From the IMG/VR virus record IMGVR_UViG_3300017971_000201, positions 95,665 through 159,664 of that record: 64,000 nucleotides of DNA. One strand, given 5' to 3'. Positions 27,901 through 36,913 of this stretch are shown piece after piece; the stretch's first letter is position 1, and each line of letters opens with the position of its first letter. A program made the position numbers and the translations under genes. The stretch is from a virus. A model generated the notes under the pieces. It was not told the origin of the DNA and searched no databases. It worked only from the letters and a program-made list of their open reading frames with translations.

Positions 27901-29919
27901 CTTCTTGCCGCCGATCCTCTCGACCAGCCGGCTCAGGGACTTGCCGATGTCGCGGCCGACGACGTTCGCCTTCTTGCCCTGGGCGATCAGGCCCAGCGCA
28001 GCGGCCACGTTCGGAGCGTTGGTGCGGCAGAGCACGAAGTCGCCCGGCTTGAGCGTCTCGTAGAACTCTCCGTGCTTGATGGTCTTGACCGAGCCCTCGG
28101 GAGCGCCCGGAGCTGCCTCGATCGTGGGAACAATGGCCTGGGCCTCGGTGATGACCTTCTGCGGGCAGCGGTAGCAGATAGAGAGTGGCTTCTCCTCGGC
28201 GCCCAGCTCTTTCTGCATCTTCTCCATCGAGTCTGGGTCCGACCCCTTGAAGGCGTAGATCGACTGGTTGGGGTCTCCCACCAGCATGTGGCGCGGGGCG
28301 AGCCGCTTGGCGAACTCGCGCTCGAGCGGGCAGAGATCCTGGACCTCGTCGACCATCGCCCAGTCGAGGCTCGCCTTCTTCCCGGTCGCGCGGCTGATGA
28401 TCGGCAGGTCGTGCATCACCGGCCAGAGCACCTGGTCGGCGTACTCCATCGTCGTCTTGTCATCGACGCTCTGCTGGAACGCGGCGTCCAGCACCTCGGT
28501 GACCTGCTGCGGCGTGATGTACTCGTCTGTTGGAACCGAGGAAGTCGGCAGGTCGATCTCGAACTTGTCCAAGACCTCCTTCCAGGGCGGGAACTTCATC
28601 TCGCCCTTCTCGTCCAGCTGGCCCATCATCTTCCGCTTGGTGATGACCTCGCCCATGTCGTAGCCGTAGTTCGACTCGTACTTGTCGGCCACCTTCTCGT
28701 TGGGAGCGAGCTTCTTCACCAGCTCGTCGCAGATGAGCCGGTTCTTGTTCTTCACCAGCTCGGGCGGCTTGCCGCCCTTCTTGAACGCCTTGACCACCGA
28801 CGCGCGCCCGTAGGCGTTGATCGTCGCGGCCTCGACGTTCTTCAGATCCTTGACGCGCTCGGCCAGCGCGTTGGCGATGTCGGTGTTGAACGCGAGGAAC
28901 ACGGCCTTCTGCCCTGGAGGCACGAACTCGAGCGCCTGCTCCATCGTCGTGGACTTCCCGGCGCCAGCCTTCGCGTCCACGACCAGCGCGGCCTTGTCCT
29001 TCTTCGACGCCTCGGCGACCCAGTCGAAGATCGCCTGCTGGTAGTGGCTGGGCTTGAACTTCTTCTTCTTCTTCGGAGGAGGAGGCGGAGCGCCACCGGC
29101 CTTTGCTGCCTTCTCGAGTTCCTCCAGGCCCGTCTTGTACCACTTCGCCTGGCCCTTGCTGGCTAGCCATCCCTTGGCCTTCTTCGGGATGTTGTCGTCC
29201 ATGAACTTGCGGAGCCAGTCGCCGAGCGTGTGACCGTGGTCCTTGAACAGCTTCTCGTCTTGCGAGACTGGTCCTCCCGGCCACTGCTCGCTGAACTTGT
29301 CCTTCCACGATCCCTCGGCGAGCCGGCCGTCAGTGCGCTCGTCATCGAGTACCTCAGCCTGCTCGGCCACTTCCGCAGCGCCTTTGGCCGTGCCCCCTGG
29401 ACCGTGCGCGTCCAGTCCGGCGCGCTCGTTGTAGCGGCTGGCGTAGCCGTACACCCACTTGAGATAGTCCTCGTCGGCCTCGCGGTTCAGCAGCGCGAGA
29501 GCCTTGTAAGCCGAGAGCTTCTCCTCTTCCCGGCGGCGCTTCGCCTCATCCAGGAAACTCAGCGTCTCGTCGAGGTCGCGCGCGGGCTGATCGGACTCGG
29601 TCTTCACCATGCTGCTTGCCTTTTCGATCAGGCCCATGATCGGAACTGAGTAGGAGGGGTCGGCCATGTAGCGCGTCCGGTGCTTGCGGATCTCGGCCGC
29701 GAGCTTCGGGAAGTCCTTGCAGCACTCGTCGGCCGCTTCGCCCATATGGCCAATCGCCAGCCACCTGTGCTCCGGGTAACCCTGGACCGCCTCGCCCATT
29801 AGCACCTCGGCCTGACTGAGATGTTTGCGAACGCAGTTCAGGCAAGAGTCCCTAAGCTCGGTCAGGTTCATGGCGCCCCCGGGATCCCCTATGATCCCGT
29901 CCGAGGAGGCCGGAGGCAA
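24907..29919 (-). CDS. large multidomain protein: SF1 (UvrD-like) helicase + 2H phosphoesterase + zincin metallopeptidase + DUF5661-like domain (start 29919 or 29871)
   Basis: AKAGAGKST, VDEVQD, VGDPNQSIYAFKG, SVHKAKGLE, YVAITRAK; HFTV/HATL; HELGHH...YG..K.YEDFAE; ELAMGIEVEKEH..IAMDHLAEIPDYYTRL. Confidence 0.85.
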   Translation of the reverse strand: MPPASSDGIIGDPGGAMNLTELRDSCLNCVRKHLSQAEVLMGEAVQGYPEHRWLAIGHMGEAADECCKDFPKLAAEIRKHRTRYMADPSYSVPIMGLIEKASSMVKTESDQPARDLDETLSFLDEAKRRREEEKLSAYKALALLNREADEDYLKWVYGYASRYNERAGLDAHGPGGTAKGAAEVAEQAEVLDDERTDGRLAEGSWKDKFSEQWPGGPVSQDEKLFKDHGHTLGDWLRKFMDDNIPKKAKGWLASKGQAKWYKTGLEELEKAAKAGGAPPPPPKKKKKFKPSHYQQAIFDWVAEASKKDKAALVVDAKAGAGKSTTMEQALEFVPPGQKAVFLAFNTDIANALAERVKDLKNVEAATINAYGRASVVKAFKKGGKPPELVKNKNRLICDELVKKLAPNEKVADKYESNYGYDMGEVITKRKMMGQLDEKGEMKFPPWKEVLDKFEIDLPTSSVPTDEYITPQQVTEVLDAAFQQSVDDKTTMEYADQVLWPVMHDLPIISRATGKKASLDWAMVDEVQDLCPLEREFAKRLAPRHMLVGDPNQSIYAFKGSDPDSMEKMQKELGAEEKPLSICYRCPQKVITEAQAIVPTIEAAPGAPEGSVKTIKHGEFYETLKPGDFVLCRTNAPNVAAALGLIAQGKKANVVGRDIGKSLSRLVERIGGKKGHKTMPIDQFAAKVQDWHMKETKRLTAEKKEHLLQGLDDKRDCLQALMSKGDVKVAGDLVKVVQQLFVSDPTPAINFSSVHKAKGLEADNVFIQRPDLLPLPMALKSEDPVQIQQEENLKYVAITRAKKALTWVLPPPKEGEEEGPPAPLPKPPPEPKPVPPPAPEPEKPKAKKTTKKKTTKKKTTKKKTTKKKAAKKKAAKKKGVTKADIAKLMAMIPDTSTMADWGESIDPDGATLFERVVGSLTEDLSAEDQRLADEIVAAHERPVDDEMWQEVRRRIHGHPDGVRTEEREVNRDGTMSCGVFLPVPSNLARYFPDKSEEDDSVPHFTVLYAGDLSPADYGKLVDAVGRVARSHEPFLMRMGGYGEFTNNDGQTIPHMIGSAWPEQSSLNSLHEALRKAAEQAGIPIAHTYGPDEDPKKGYAEQFKAHATLAYINPGEPAYTGYRPEGSWKVTDLELWGHEKYQVPLGATVSDGLTEATATKSKAGPKDAKALVKDVESVSSKLAGKSLKVDKYSASPKGFDFSFKGGGKFKVRPRSDGSFTVKLQGQPKPHYRYRGDGATLKGALASMKSEKKKGKKPPSPLVQIAKAAKKPAKLPWATGEPGPKQAKVNGIMLFNDLGVDQETWDRYAVACKDAVGLLKKRGFGFMLPNVTMHLRAGHPGVLGNYDMKTKIVEIFVNSIGAKKEPAKIMTTMVHELGHHYYYREIPRARRKTYAWYFGLAKQPTEKGKETGDFPSVYGASKRYEDFAEIFAAYIGKGHQIQSRYKLTKDIMDRFRTFMAPDKRVDLREDEDLFGDSLSSVLERRELVTLGVRCALCEAEEIPGGKAKGKKPSDFDAKELAMGIEVEKEHLVGGGYSKAEMRAKAQEIAMDHLAEIPDYYTRLKRMEKEAGVEEEDDPTAKQKAKLVAFVKANPGLDDDKFHAYAEKLGLDPHDAEEVIYAHVAKQESVDFPSRYSSPVQGSSRTGVGTAPVEDPRSALTPPARRRKLKTTRS
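27290..27385 (-). repeat. 15-bp tandem coding repeat (KKKTT/KKKAA, histone H1-like linker)
   Basis: Repeated ttcttcttggtggtc units. Confidence 0.85.
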
Positions 29920-29928
29920 GGAGAGGTT

Positions 29929-30261
29929 CTACTCCCGGAGATCGATCAGGAGCGGCATCAGCTCCACGACGCTCATCTGCTGAAGCTCGAGAAGCCGGTC
30001 CGCGATCTCGTCGCGCGCTAGCCGCGCGGCCCTGCCCATGTGTTGCGCCTTGAGCGTCGTCGGTGTGCAGGCGTCGATCAGAAAGATGAGATGCTCCGCG
30101 TTCCTCTGGTCCTTGGGGGCAGTCCGCCAGGCGACCCACCGATCCCTGTGCCGCCTGATCACTCGCCGCACTCGTCGTGCGAACGGCCGCATCTTGAACT
30201 TGGGGTGACTACTTGACCGACCGGCCGGCCACCGGCCGGACCGGGTGCCGCTCAGGCTCAC
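29929..30261 (-). CDS. hypothetical protein
   Basis: Coupled ORF; degenerate tag SVVELMPLL. Confidence 0.5.
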   Translation of the reverse strand: MSLSGTRSGRWPAGRSSSHPKFKMRPFARRVRRVIRRHRDRWVAWRTAPKDQRNAEHLIFLIDACTPTTLKAQHMGRAARLARDEIADRLLELQQMSVVELMPLLIDLRE

Positions 30262-30638
30262 GAAGCTACCCTCAGCTGGACGATGTTGCCGAGCCGCTCG
30301 ACGGCCGAGACCTCGGCGTAGTCCTCGATCGCCGCGATCCGCTTGAGGATCGCCCGGCGAACCTGCATCTGGGTGCACTCCTCCATCAGCGCGAAGAGCA
30401 ACTCGCGGAGAACGAGGAGCGCCTGCTTGTTCCAGAGAGGCATGTTGATCATGACGCCGCCGCGAACGGTCTCGCGATCGAGGGTCTCGGCGACCTTCCT
30501 GTAGTGCGTGTAAGCTGCCGCTCGCTCGCGCTCGCTGGTCTGGTACACGAGCAGCGCATCAGTCTTCCGCCGGAGCACAATCCGAAGATCGCTACAGATG
30601 CGGCGGGTGAGGCGAATGCTCTTGCCGGACTTGCTCAT
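30258..30638 (-). CDS. hypothetical protein with C-terminal tag
   Basis: SAVERLGNIV; TATGAT 6 nt before ATG. Confidence 0.65.
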   Translation of the reverse strand: MSKSGKSIRLTRRICSDLRIVLRRKTDALLVYQTSERERAAAYTHYRKVAETLDRETVRGGVMINMPLWNKQALLVLRELLFALMEECTQMQVRRAILKRIAAIEDYAEVSAVERLGNIVQLRVAS

Positions 30639-30645
30639 GCCGGCA

Positions 30646-31188
30646 TCATACCGGCGGCAGCGGCGGAGCAACGGCCGGCGGACCCCCGAAGATCCGACCG
30701 AGCAGATTGTCGTCGTCGTCGTCGTCGTCATCGGCGTCGTCTTCGTCGTGCTCGACGTCGATCAGCTCCCCGATCCAGCGACAGGTCCACTCCCGGCCCT
30801 CGGGAACTCCCAGCTCGCGCTTGCGCGCGGTGATCCGGCGCTGACGGGCCTCGATCTCGTCCTTGTCGGCGAGGTTCGACAAGAGCGTGATCGGATCCAC
30901 GCGATCGAGAGGCGCCCAGTCATCGTCCTCGCGCCTCCGCGCGTGGGCAAGCGAGATCGGCTGCCCCTGAGACGTGTAGACCCTGGTCTCGTAGATCGGA
31001 TCCCCGGTACGCTCATCGAACTTGACCAGGTTCTTCGTGGCAACGAAAGGCAGCTCCCAGACCCGGACCTTTCGAGCTTCCTCTGACAGCCGCCTTCGCC
31101 AGCCGAAGGAGTCCATCACCAGCTTGACGAGGCTCTGCCGAACCGCGACGCGGATGCCGCTAGACCTGATCGCCGAATCCAAGTTCAT
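30646..31188 (-). CDS. hypothetical protein
   Basis: GGAGGAG RBS; DPITLLSNLA; acidic tail. Confidence 0.6.
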   Translation of the reverse strand: MNLDSAIRSSGIRVAVRQSLVKLVMDSFGWRRRLSEEARKVRVWELPFVATKNLVKFDERTGDPIYETRVYTSQGQPISLAHARRREDDDWAPLDRVDPITLLSNLADKDEIEARQRRITARKRELGVPEGREWTCRWIGELIDVEHDEDDADDDDDDDDNLLGRIFGGPPAVAPPLPPV

Positions 31189-31393
31189 GGATCTCCTCCC
31201 ACCTCGCGATGTCTGCTAGTCGATCCACAGCCGAGCGACCTACCCCTAATGCGTCTGCCATGTCGTCACCGGTCCGACGCATCGTGATCCCGAATCGGAG
31301 CATGGCTGCGTAAGCATGGGCAGCGGATACACCGAACTTGGCAACGGCGTCTGCAATGGCGCTCACGTCCAGATCTATGCGACCGCCAGCCAC
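31160..31393 (-). CDS. hypothetical protein with tag
   Basis: SAVDRLADIA. Confidence 0.55.
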   Translation of the reverse strand: MAGGRIDLDVSAIADAVAKFGVSAAHAYAAMLRFGITMRRTGDDMADALGVGRSAVDRLADIARWEEIHELGFGDQV

Positions 31394-31653
31394 GCTCGCT
31401 CCTCCTTCTCCCGGACCAGGTCACCGAGCATCGTGACGATGTCCTTCGGCCGCCACGGAATCCAGTCGTTCTGGAGGCCGGCGTAACGGTAGTCCACCAG
31501 CCGTGCGGCCTGTGGACACACAGCGCGCGCGGGCTCCTTGAGGGCCGGCGTCTTCTGGACGTCCGGGTCCCAGGTCCAGTAGACAGCGACGTCACCGCTG
31601 CACCGAACAGCGATCCCGACCTCGCTGAGCTTGCACGCCTGCTGGTAGGTCAC
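31375..31653 (-). CDS. hypothetical protein with tag
   Basis: DIVTMLGDLV. Confidence 0.55.
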   Translation of the reverse strand: MTYQQACKLSEVGIAVRCSGDVAVYWTWDPDVQKTPALKEPARAVCPQAARLVDYRYAGLQNDWIPWRPKDIVTMLGDLVREKEERAWLAVA

Positions 31654-31868
31654 GGGGAGGGCTCCACCAGACCGCCGAGGGCCTCGACCGCACACTCGTG
31701 CTCGATCTGGTCGACTGTCACCCAGGTGCGCCAGCTGCCGCCGTCGATCCGCACCGAGAACGGGGTCAGCTCCTTCTCATCGATCTCGATGATCCTGGCG
31801 GACATACCCTGGTTGACCTGGGCATCAGTCGCCTTGACCACGATCTTCTGGCCCACGCGGAAGTTCAC
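31650..31868 (-). CDS. SH3-like small protein with tag
   Basis: MNFRVGQKIVV...CAVEALGGLV; leaderless after TAGAAC. Confidence 0.7.
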   Translation of the reverse strand: MNFRVGQKIVVKATDAQVNQGMSARIIEIDEKELTPFSVRIDGGSWRTWVTVDQIEHECAVEALGGLVEPSP

Positions 31869-32157
31869 ACCCCGGTTCTACCCCGGACGCCAGACGCCCC
31901 AGCTCGGAAATCGCATCACGCGCTTCCGGGAACGGCTCCCACTCGTCGCTGTTCTTGATCAACTCCGGCACCATGTCGGCCGCGTAGTGGTTGGCGTTGC
32001 AGATGGTAGGCCGGCCGAACGCGTCGAGGGTGACGTTCAACCGGCTGGAGAGGCAGAACTTGTCCTCTTCGTCCATGTCCTCGCGGTAGCCGGGCTCCTT
32101 CACCACGTAGGAGGCGACTCGCCTGATGCTCCAGTAGAGCGCATCGCGGAACCTCAC
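31825..32157 (-). CDS. hypothetical protein with tag
   Basis: DAISELGRLA. Confidence 0.55.
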   Translation of the reverse strand: MRFRDALYWSIRRVASYVVKEPGYREDMDEEDKFCLSSRLNVTLDAFGRPTICNANHYAADMVPELIKNSDEWEPFPEARDAISELGRLASGVEPGCELPRGPEDRGQGD

Positions 32158-32224
32158 AGGTTCCGTTCTAGCTCATCGGCCTCATCAGGGGCCAGGTCGC
32201 CGAGGTCGCCCTCGTCGAAGGCCG

Positions 32225-32575
32225 TCACGGATCGATCGCCCCAAGGCGCTCGATACTGCTCATCGCCTCGAGCCTCTCGATCCGGCTCTCGATCGCGCCG
32301 CTGATCCCTGGCGCCTGGTGCGGGTTCGCAGCAGCGATCTTCAGGAAGCGAACGAACGAGTCCACCTTGGCGGGCGGAATCCGAATCGTGCACGAGCCGA
32401 CCGATGTGTAGCTGCGGGCCGCTTCCTCCCAGTCCGGCCGGGGCAGCCGGTCCAGCCAGCCACGGACTTCCTCGTCGTCATCGTGCTCGTAGAGGTGGTG
32501 CGCTCCCGCCATTCGCAAGGCCATCAGCACCGGTCCTGTGATCCGCATCGGGATTCCCGGCTTCTTCCTGCTCAT
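32225..32575 (-). CDS. hypothetical protein with tag
   Basis: SSIERLGAI; leaderless after TAGAAC. Confidence 0.65.
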   Translation of the reverse strand: MSRKKPGIPMRITGPVLMALRMAGAHHLYEHDDDEEVRGWLDRLPRPDWEEAARSYTSVGSCTIRIPPAKVDSFVRFLKIAAANPHQAPGISGAIESRIERLEAMSSIERLGAIDP

Positions 32576-32843
32576 ACCCCCGTTCTACCTCGGTCGGCGG
32601 TAAGTCTCCCAGTAGAGCGAGCCGATCGATCGCGCTGAGCTTGCTGACCTCGCGCTCTATTGCCGTGAGCGCGCTGAGGTAAGGATCCTCGTGGCGGTAG
32701 GTTGCCCGGCGCCTGAGACCTCGGAGATCGACCAGCATGTTCAGCCGAGCATGCGCGTATTCGTTCGCGGCCCACGTGGTGTAGCCGCCGAGAGCGTAGA
32801 ACCCGCGAGCCGCGATCTCTCGTATGAACTCGCCCTCGGTCAC
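32478..32843 (-). CDS. hypothetical protein with tag
   Basis: SAIDRLALL; coupled to ndk. Confidence 0.55.
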   Translation of the reverse strand: MTEGEFIREIAARGFYALGGYTTWAANEYAHARLNMLVDLRGLRRRATYRHEDPYLSALTAIEREVSKLSAIDRLALLGDLPPTEVERGYEQEEAGNPDADHRTGADGLANGGSAPPLRAR

Positions 32844-33295
32844 GACTGGTCAGCGCAGACCCGGCACTCCGACGAGTAGTTCCGGTGGCCGAAGAACAGC
32901 TCGATCTCGCGCGCGGTTGCTTCAGCTGAGTCAGAGGCATGGACGAGGTTCTCGCGAACCGGGTCACCGGACGCGAAGTCGCCCCTAATCGTTCCGGGCG
33001 CGGCCGTCGATCCATCCGTCACGCCCACCATCGCACGCACGACCTGGATCGCCTTGTAGCCCTCCACGATCATCGCGATCGACGGGCCGCTCTGCATGAA
33101 CAGCGACAGCTCGGCGAAGAACGGCTTGTCCACGTGCGCAGCGTAGTGATGGCGAGCGAGATCTGCGTTGAAGCGCAGCGACTCGGCCACAACGATCTCG
33201 AGCCCTTTGCGCTCGAGCCGGGCGATGATCTCGCCGGCCAGCTCGCGCTTGACCGCGTCAGGCTTGATCAGAACCAGGGTCCGCTCTCGCTCCAC
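32840..33295 (-). CDS. ndk: nucleoside diphosphate kinase
   Basis: ERTLVLIKPDAV, HVDKPFF, PGTIRGDF, NLVHASDS. Confidence 0.97.
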   Translation of the reverse strand: MERERTLVLIKPDAVKRELAGEIIARLERKGLEIVVAESLRFNADLARHHYAAHVDKPFFAELSLFMQSGPSIAMIVEGYKAIQVVRAMVGVTDGSTAAPGTIRGDFASGDPVRENLVHASDSAEATAREIELFFGHRNYSSECRVCADQS

Positions 33296-33506
33296 ACTCT
33301 TCCTCCCTCACGACCGCCGCGAGCGCGTCGATCGCGTTGTCTAGCTCCAAGTAGCGCTCGGGCAGCCGTACCGCGAGCCAGCTTCCCAGCTCGAACTCGA
33401 CGGCCACGAACCCAGGGGCCGCGCTGAGGGCCTCGTCCCGCACGACCCGGCCGCGCCGGCCCGCGTAGCTCCCCTCGACGCAGAGCACCCGAGTCCCGAT
33501 CCTCAT
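33258..33506 (-). CDS. SH3-like small protein with tag
   Basis: MRIGTRVLCV...NAIDALAAVV; leaderless. Confidence 0.65.
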   Translation of the reverse strand: MRIGTRVLCVEGSYAGRRGRVVRDEALSAAPGFVAVEFELGSWLAVRLPERYLELDNAIDALAAVVREEECGARADPGSDQA

Positions 33507-33963
33507 GGTCACGTTCTACCCTCGGCAGGCGTCATAACAGGCTCTTGGGAGCCAGCTCCCGGCCCTGGGAGCGCGATCTCAGCCGGCGCGGACCACGAGC
33601 CCTCGGCCAGACGATCGAACCACACGCGGGCTCTCAGGCCGCCGGAACGATACTAAAGGACTTACGACAACGCTCGGGGATCACCGCGTCCCCCAAGCGT
33701 TTACGACAGGCTCGCACGGGCTCGCGCGTGAGCCCTCCCGGGCTCCGCCGGGAGCGAAATCGGCCTCCAGGCCGATCGCCGCAGTCGCGCGCGCCGCCCC
33801 GCGCAGGCGCTCGCGCCGGCGAGGAGAAGAGATCTTCTGCTGAGACAAGAGATTGTGCGCCACAACTCCGGCGTGAGAACCGGGCGGTCGGTTGTTGGAA
33901 GGGATGGCACGAGGCGTGCGAAGGAGACTACCGCTCACCAGCCCGGAGGAAGACGTGCTCTCC

Positions 33964-34473
33964 ATGCAGCTCACCCAGACCGTTCGGCTCCGCCTCGTCC
34001 TCGGCCTCGAGATCGAGGGCGGCGCCACCAGCTCCATCTTCCCGGCCGTGGAGAAGGCCCTCCACAGCCGGAGCAAACTGGCCGCAGCCGTCGAGGCCGT
34101 GGTCGACGGGGACGACCCGGACCGCTATGAGTCCTACATCGACTACCTCGTCTGCCAGGTCTTCCCGTCGTTCGGGCCGGCCTGCTTCGCCTTCTACGCA
34201 GGTGGCGGGCTCCAGCTCCGCGAGCAGATCACGGCAGCTGGCCGCGACAAGCTCGAGGCGATCCTGCTCGCCGCCCTGTGGACGACCGAGGTGTTCTACG
34301 AGCACCAGCACCAGTGCTACTGGAACGACGTGCGCGTGCTGCTCGAGCGGAACCTCGAGCCGATCGTGGTCCGGTGGTGGCCAGCCGGCGTCCCGGTCAG
34401 CGACGACGCCATCACGTCGCTCGGCGCGCTCCTCGACGCTCGGGGAGAGGTGTTCTCACTACCGGCCGCGTAG
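33964..34473 (+). CDS. hypothetical protein with tag
   Basis: GGAGG RBS; DAITSLGALL. Confidence 0.6.
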   Translation: MQLTQTVRLRLVLGLEIEGGATSSIFPAVEKALHSRSKLAAAVEAVVDGDDPDRYESYIDYLVCQVFPSFGPACFAFYAGGGLQLREQITAAGRDKLEAILLAALWTTEVFYEHQHQCYWNDVRVLLERNLEPIVVRWWPAGVPVSDDAITSLGALLDARGEVFSLPAA

Positions 34474-34490
34474 GTAGGATAGAGCGCGAC

Positions 34491-34706
34491 ATGCAGCTCT
34501 ACATGGCGCTACGACAAAGCGGAGTGCCGGCCGCTCGACGGGAGCCGGCAAACGACAACGAGCCGTACGCGGTCATGTGGGGCGAGCTTGGCATCTACGT
34601 GATGTACCGAGGCGACGGGCCAGAGGGTCACGACGCTCGATGGGCCGACGCGGAGTCGTTCTCCGATTGGGAAGTGGTCACCCAGCTGGAGAGTCTGCTG
34701 GAGTGA
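34491..34706 (+). CDS. hypothetical protein
   Basis: 71 aa; ends EVVTQLESLL. Confidence 0.5.
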   Translation: MQLYMALRQSGVPAARREPANDNEPYAVMWGELGIYVMYRGDGPEGHDARWADAESFSDWEVVTQLESLLE

Positions 34707-34707
34707 G

Positions 34708-34980
34708 CTACGGCAGCGCCTCGTTGATGAAGACCTTGCCGGTCCAGAGACCGGTCTCGGAGTCCTTCTCCAGATGAAGCTCGGTGATCGTGCCGGTGGT
34801 CTCACCAATCGCGCTCATGCCGGATTCGACCTTCGTGTAGGCCGCATCTCGTCTCGCCTCACCAGCCGTCAGGTTGGGCTGGTAGACGTTGATGACGGCG
34901 TTCTGCTCCGTCTCAGCCTTCTCCAGGGCTTCCTTCAGGGCGTCCTGCTGTGCCTGCGTCAGTGTGATCTGGGCCATCAT
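34708..34980 (-). CDS. small hypothetical protein downstream of fibre-like gene
   Basis: AGGAGG RBS. Confidence 0.6.
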   Translation of the reverse strand: MMAQITLTQAQQDALKEALEKAETEQNAVINVYQPNLTAGEARRDAAYTKVESGMSAIGETTGTITELHLEKDSETGLWTGKVFINEALP

Positions 34981-35209
34981 TCTCCTCCTTGGGCACCCAT
35001 TCTAAGAAGTGCTTGCCCCCCACATCTCTAAGACCGATTTCCGTACCAGGCCACTCGTGACCGTGGGCTGTCAGCACGTCCTTTATTCCGTCGTTGGTTC
35101 TCTTCTTCGCTTCCGCGATTGCCCTCTGCTCCGTTTCGGCGAGAAGGGCGACGTAGTCGGCCTCGACCTTGCTGACCTCTACGCTGATCTTCTTAGGCTC
35201 GTCTGACAT
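34913..35209 (-). CDS. small hypothetical protein (possible fibre chaperone)
   Basis: Directly follows the Gly-rich fibre-like gene. Confidence 0.5.
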   Translation of the reverse strand: MSDEPKKISVEVSKVEADYVALLAETEQRAIAEAKKRTNDGIKDVLTAHGHEWPGTEIGLRDVGGKHFLEWVPKEENDGPDHTDAGTAGRPEGSPGEG

Positions 35210-36244
35210 CTAGCCCCACAGCGGAACGTAGCGCGTGTTTCCGTTGACGATGAGTTCCAGCCAGCCAAGCTGCGCGATACCCGCACCGGCTGGAACATTG
35301 CCCAGCACCGCACCACTGGAACCGAGCGCCGTAGCGCCACCGAGAGCCAGCTTTCCGTAGCCGGTCCCACCATCCGTAACTCTGACAACGCCGGCCGAAT
35401 CTCGCTTGACCCCAGCGTCAGGCGACCCGCTTGGCGACGATGTGGCGCTCCACACCATGTCCAGGTCGTTGCGGAAGATGACGATCTTCCTCTCCCCATC
35501 GAACCGAAGACGTTCGGAGGCCCCGAACCAATAACGGACGGATCCCAGGCCGGTGCTGGAAAGGATAGTGCGTCCAGCGCTGATGGTGACGTCCCCGCCA
35601 GGCCCGGACCCTCGCCCGTTACCAGCGGTAATGCCGACGGAGCCGCCCCGACCACTGGTGCCCGCCTCGCCACCCTGCACGGCCGCTCTGCCGCCGTTTC
35701 CGCCAGCATTGTAGGCGTAGCCGCCTAAAAGCTCGGCCTCACCTGCCTCACCGCCGGCCGACACGCCTCCCTGCATCTGGACCCTAGCGCCATCGAACCC
35801 GCTCGTGGTATCTCCAGGACGCAGGTAGATGCCACCGGCGCCGTAGTTCGGGGCAGCCGCCGTCCTGATGTATACGGTGTAACCTTCGAGCGGGCTGTAA
35901 AGCCCAGCACTGCTCACGCCGGGCACCGCCGGAGAGAGCGTGACCGTCCTAGAGCCATTAGTAGCAGAGACCTCGTACGCCTCCAGATCTCCACGGCCTG
36001 TCCCGCCGTCAGTGACCTTGACGACACCGGCGGCTTCGCGGGTGAGCCCGACGTCTGGTGAGGTTCCGAAGACCACCTGGTCGCCGTCGGAAACGACAAT
36101 GTTCCGACCACCGGTGGTCTGCCCCTCAACCAGAGTGTCTTGCAGAGTGCCGGCGCCGCCCGTGTTCAGCTTCGTCTGAACAGACGAATCGAGCTTGGCC
36201 TCGGAGATCGTTCCGTCGTTAAGCTGTGGTCCAAAGATTCCCAC
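35210..36244 (-). CDS. Gly-rich fibre/structural protein
   Basis: Duplicated PDxGxxRxxAGVVxVTDGGTG, GGxVxIxAG repeats, C-terminal WLELIVNGNTRYVPLW. Confidence 0.65.
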   Translation of the reverse strand: MGIFGPQLNDGTISEAKLDSSVQTKLNTGGAGTLQDTLVEGQTTGGRNIVVSDGDQVVFGTSPDVGLTREAAGVVKVTDGGTGRGDLEAYEVSATNGSRTVTLSPAVPGVSSAGLYSPLEGYTVYIRTAAAPNYGAGGIYLRPGDTTSGFDGARVQMQGGVSAGGEAGEAELLGGYAYNAGGNGGRAAVQGGEAGTSGRGGSVGITAGNGRGSGPGGDVTISAGRTILSSTGLGSVRYWFGASERLRFDGERKIVIFRNDLDMVWSATSSPSGSPDAGVKRDSAGVVRVTDGGTGYGKLALGGATALGSSGAVLGNVPAGAGIAQLGWLELIVNGNTRYVPLWG

Positions 36245-36253
36245 GGTGACCTC

Positions 36254-36886
36254 CTATTCGTAGTAGAACGTGACCCGCGCTCCCGCAGGCAACGTGAACG
36301 GTACGTCGAGCCAGGTGAGGGTGGTACCACTGACAGTGAAGAAGGTCGGGGAGTCGTACTCGACGCCCTCGATGAAGAGCGGCCACACGTCCGCCTCCTC
36401 GGGCTCGCGCGTGAGAGTGAAGACCGTCTGCCCAGCCGTGGCCGTGAACTTGTCCACCACTCGGCCGATCGCTCCGCCGCTTCCAGGATCAGGCAGCGTG
36501 GTGGCGCCGATGATCTTGTTGATGAACGCCTTGACCTCGCCGACCTGGCCGGGCAGGGCAGAGAACTCCATCTTCCTGATCTCGGGCAGGCCGGAGAACG
36601 TCATGATCCCGTTGGCGTGCATACTGAACGTCAGGTCGGTGTTGTCGTTCAGGCGCACCTGGATGTCGCCGTCGGTTCGCAGCATGAAGAACGTCTGCTT
36701 CGCGCCTGACTCGGCCGGCTGAACAGGCAGGGTCACCGGCTTGAGGACATCGCCCGGCTCGATCGTGACGCTCAGCTGGTTGTGCTGATCCTGATCGTCG
36801 AGATAGAAGTCGTAAGCCTTCGAGGCTAACGCGCCGCCCTCGGTGGACCCGCCGATCGTAGCTCGAACCGATGTGCGAACAGCCAT
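36254..36886 (-). CDS. putative virion structural protein
   Basis: FTATAGQTVFTL...FTVSGTTLTW beta-sandwich motif. Confidence 0.6.
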   Translation of the reverse strand: MAVRTSVRATIGGSTEGGALASKAYDFYLDDQDQHNQLSVTIEPGDVLKPVTLPVQPAESGAKQTFFMLRTDGDIQVRLNDNTDLTFSMHANGIMTFSGLPEIRKMEFSALPGQVGEVKAFINKIIGATTLPDPGSGGAIGRVVDKFTATAGQTVFTLTREPEEADVWPLFIEGVEYDSPTFFTVSGTTLTWLDVPFTLPAGARVTFYYE

Positions 36887-36913
36887 GCGCAGACCCTCCT
36901 CGCAGGAGGCATT

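Noticed and set aside
25063-29166. Plus-strand ORFs 25063-26343 and 26512-29166
   Set aside because: Shadow frames of the multidomain protein
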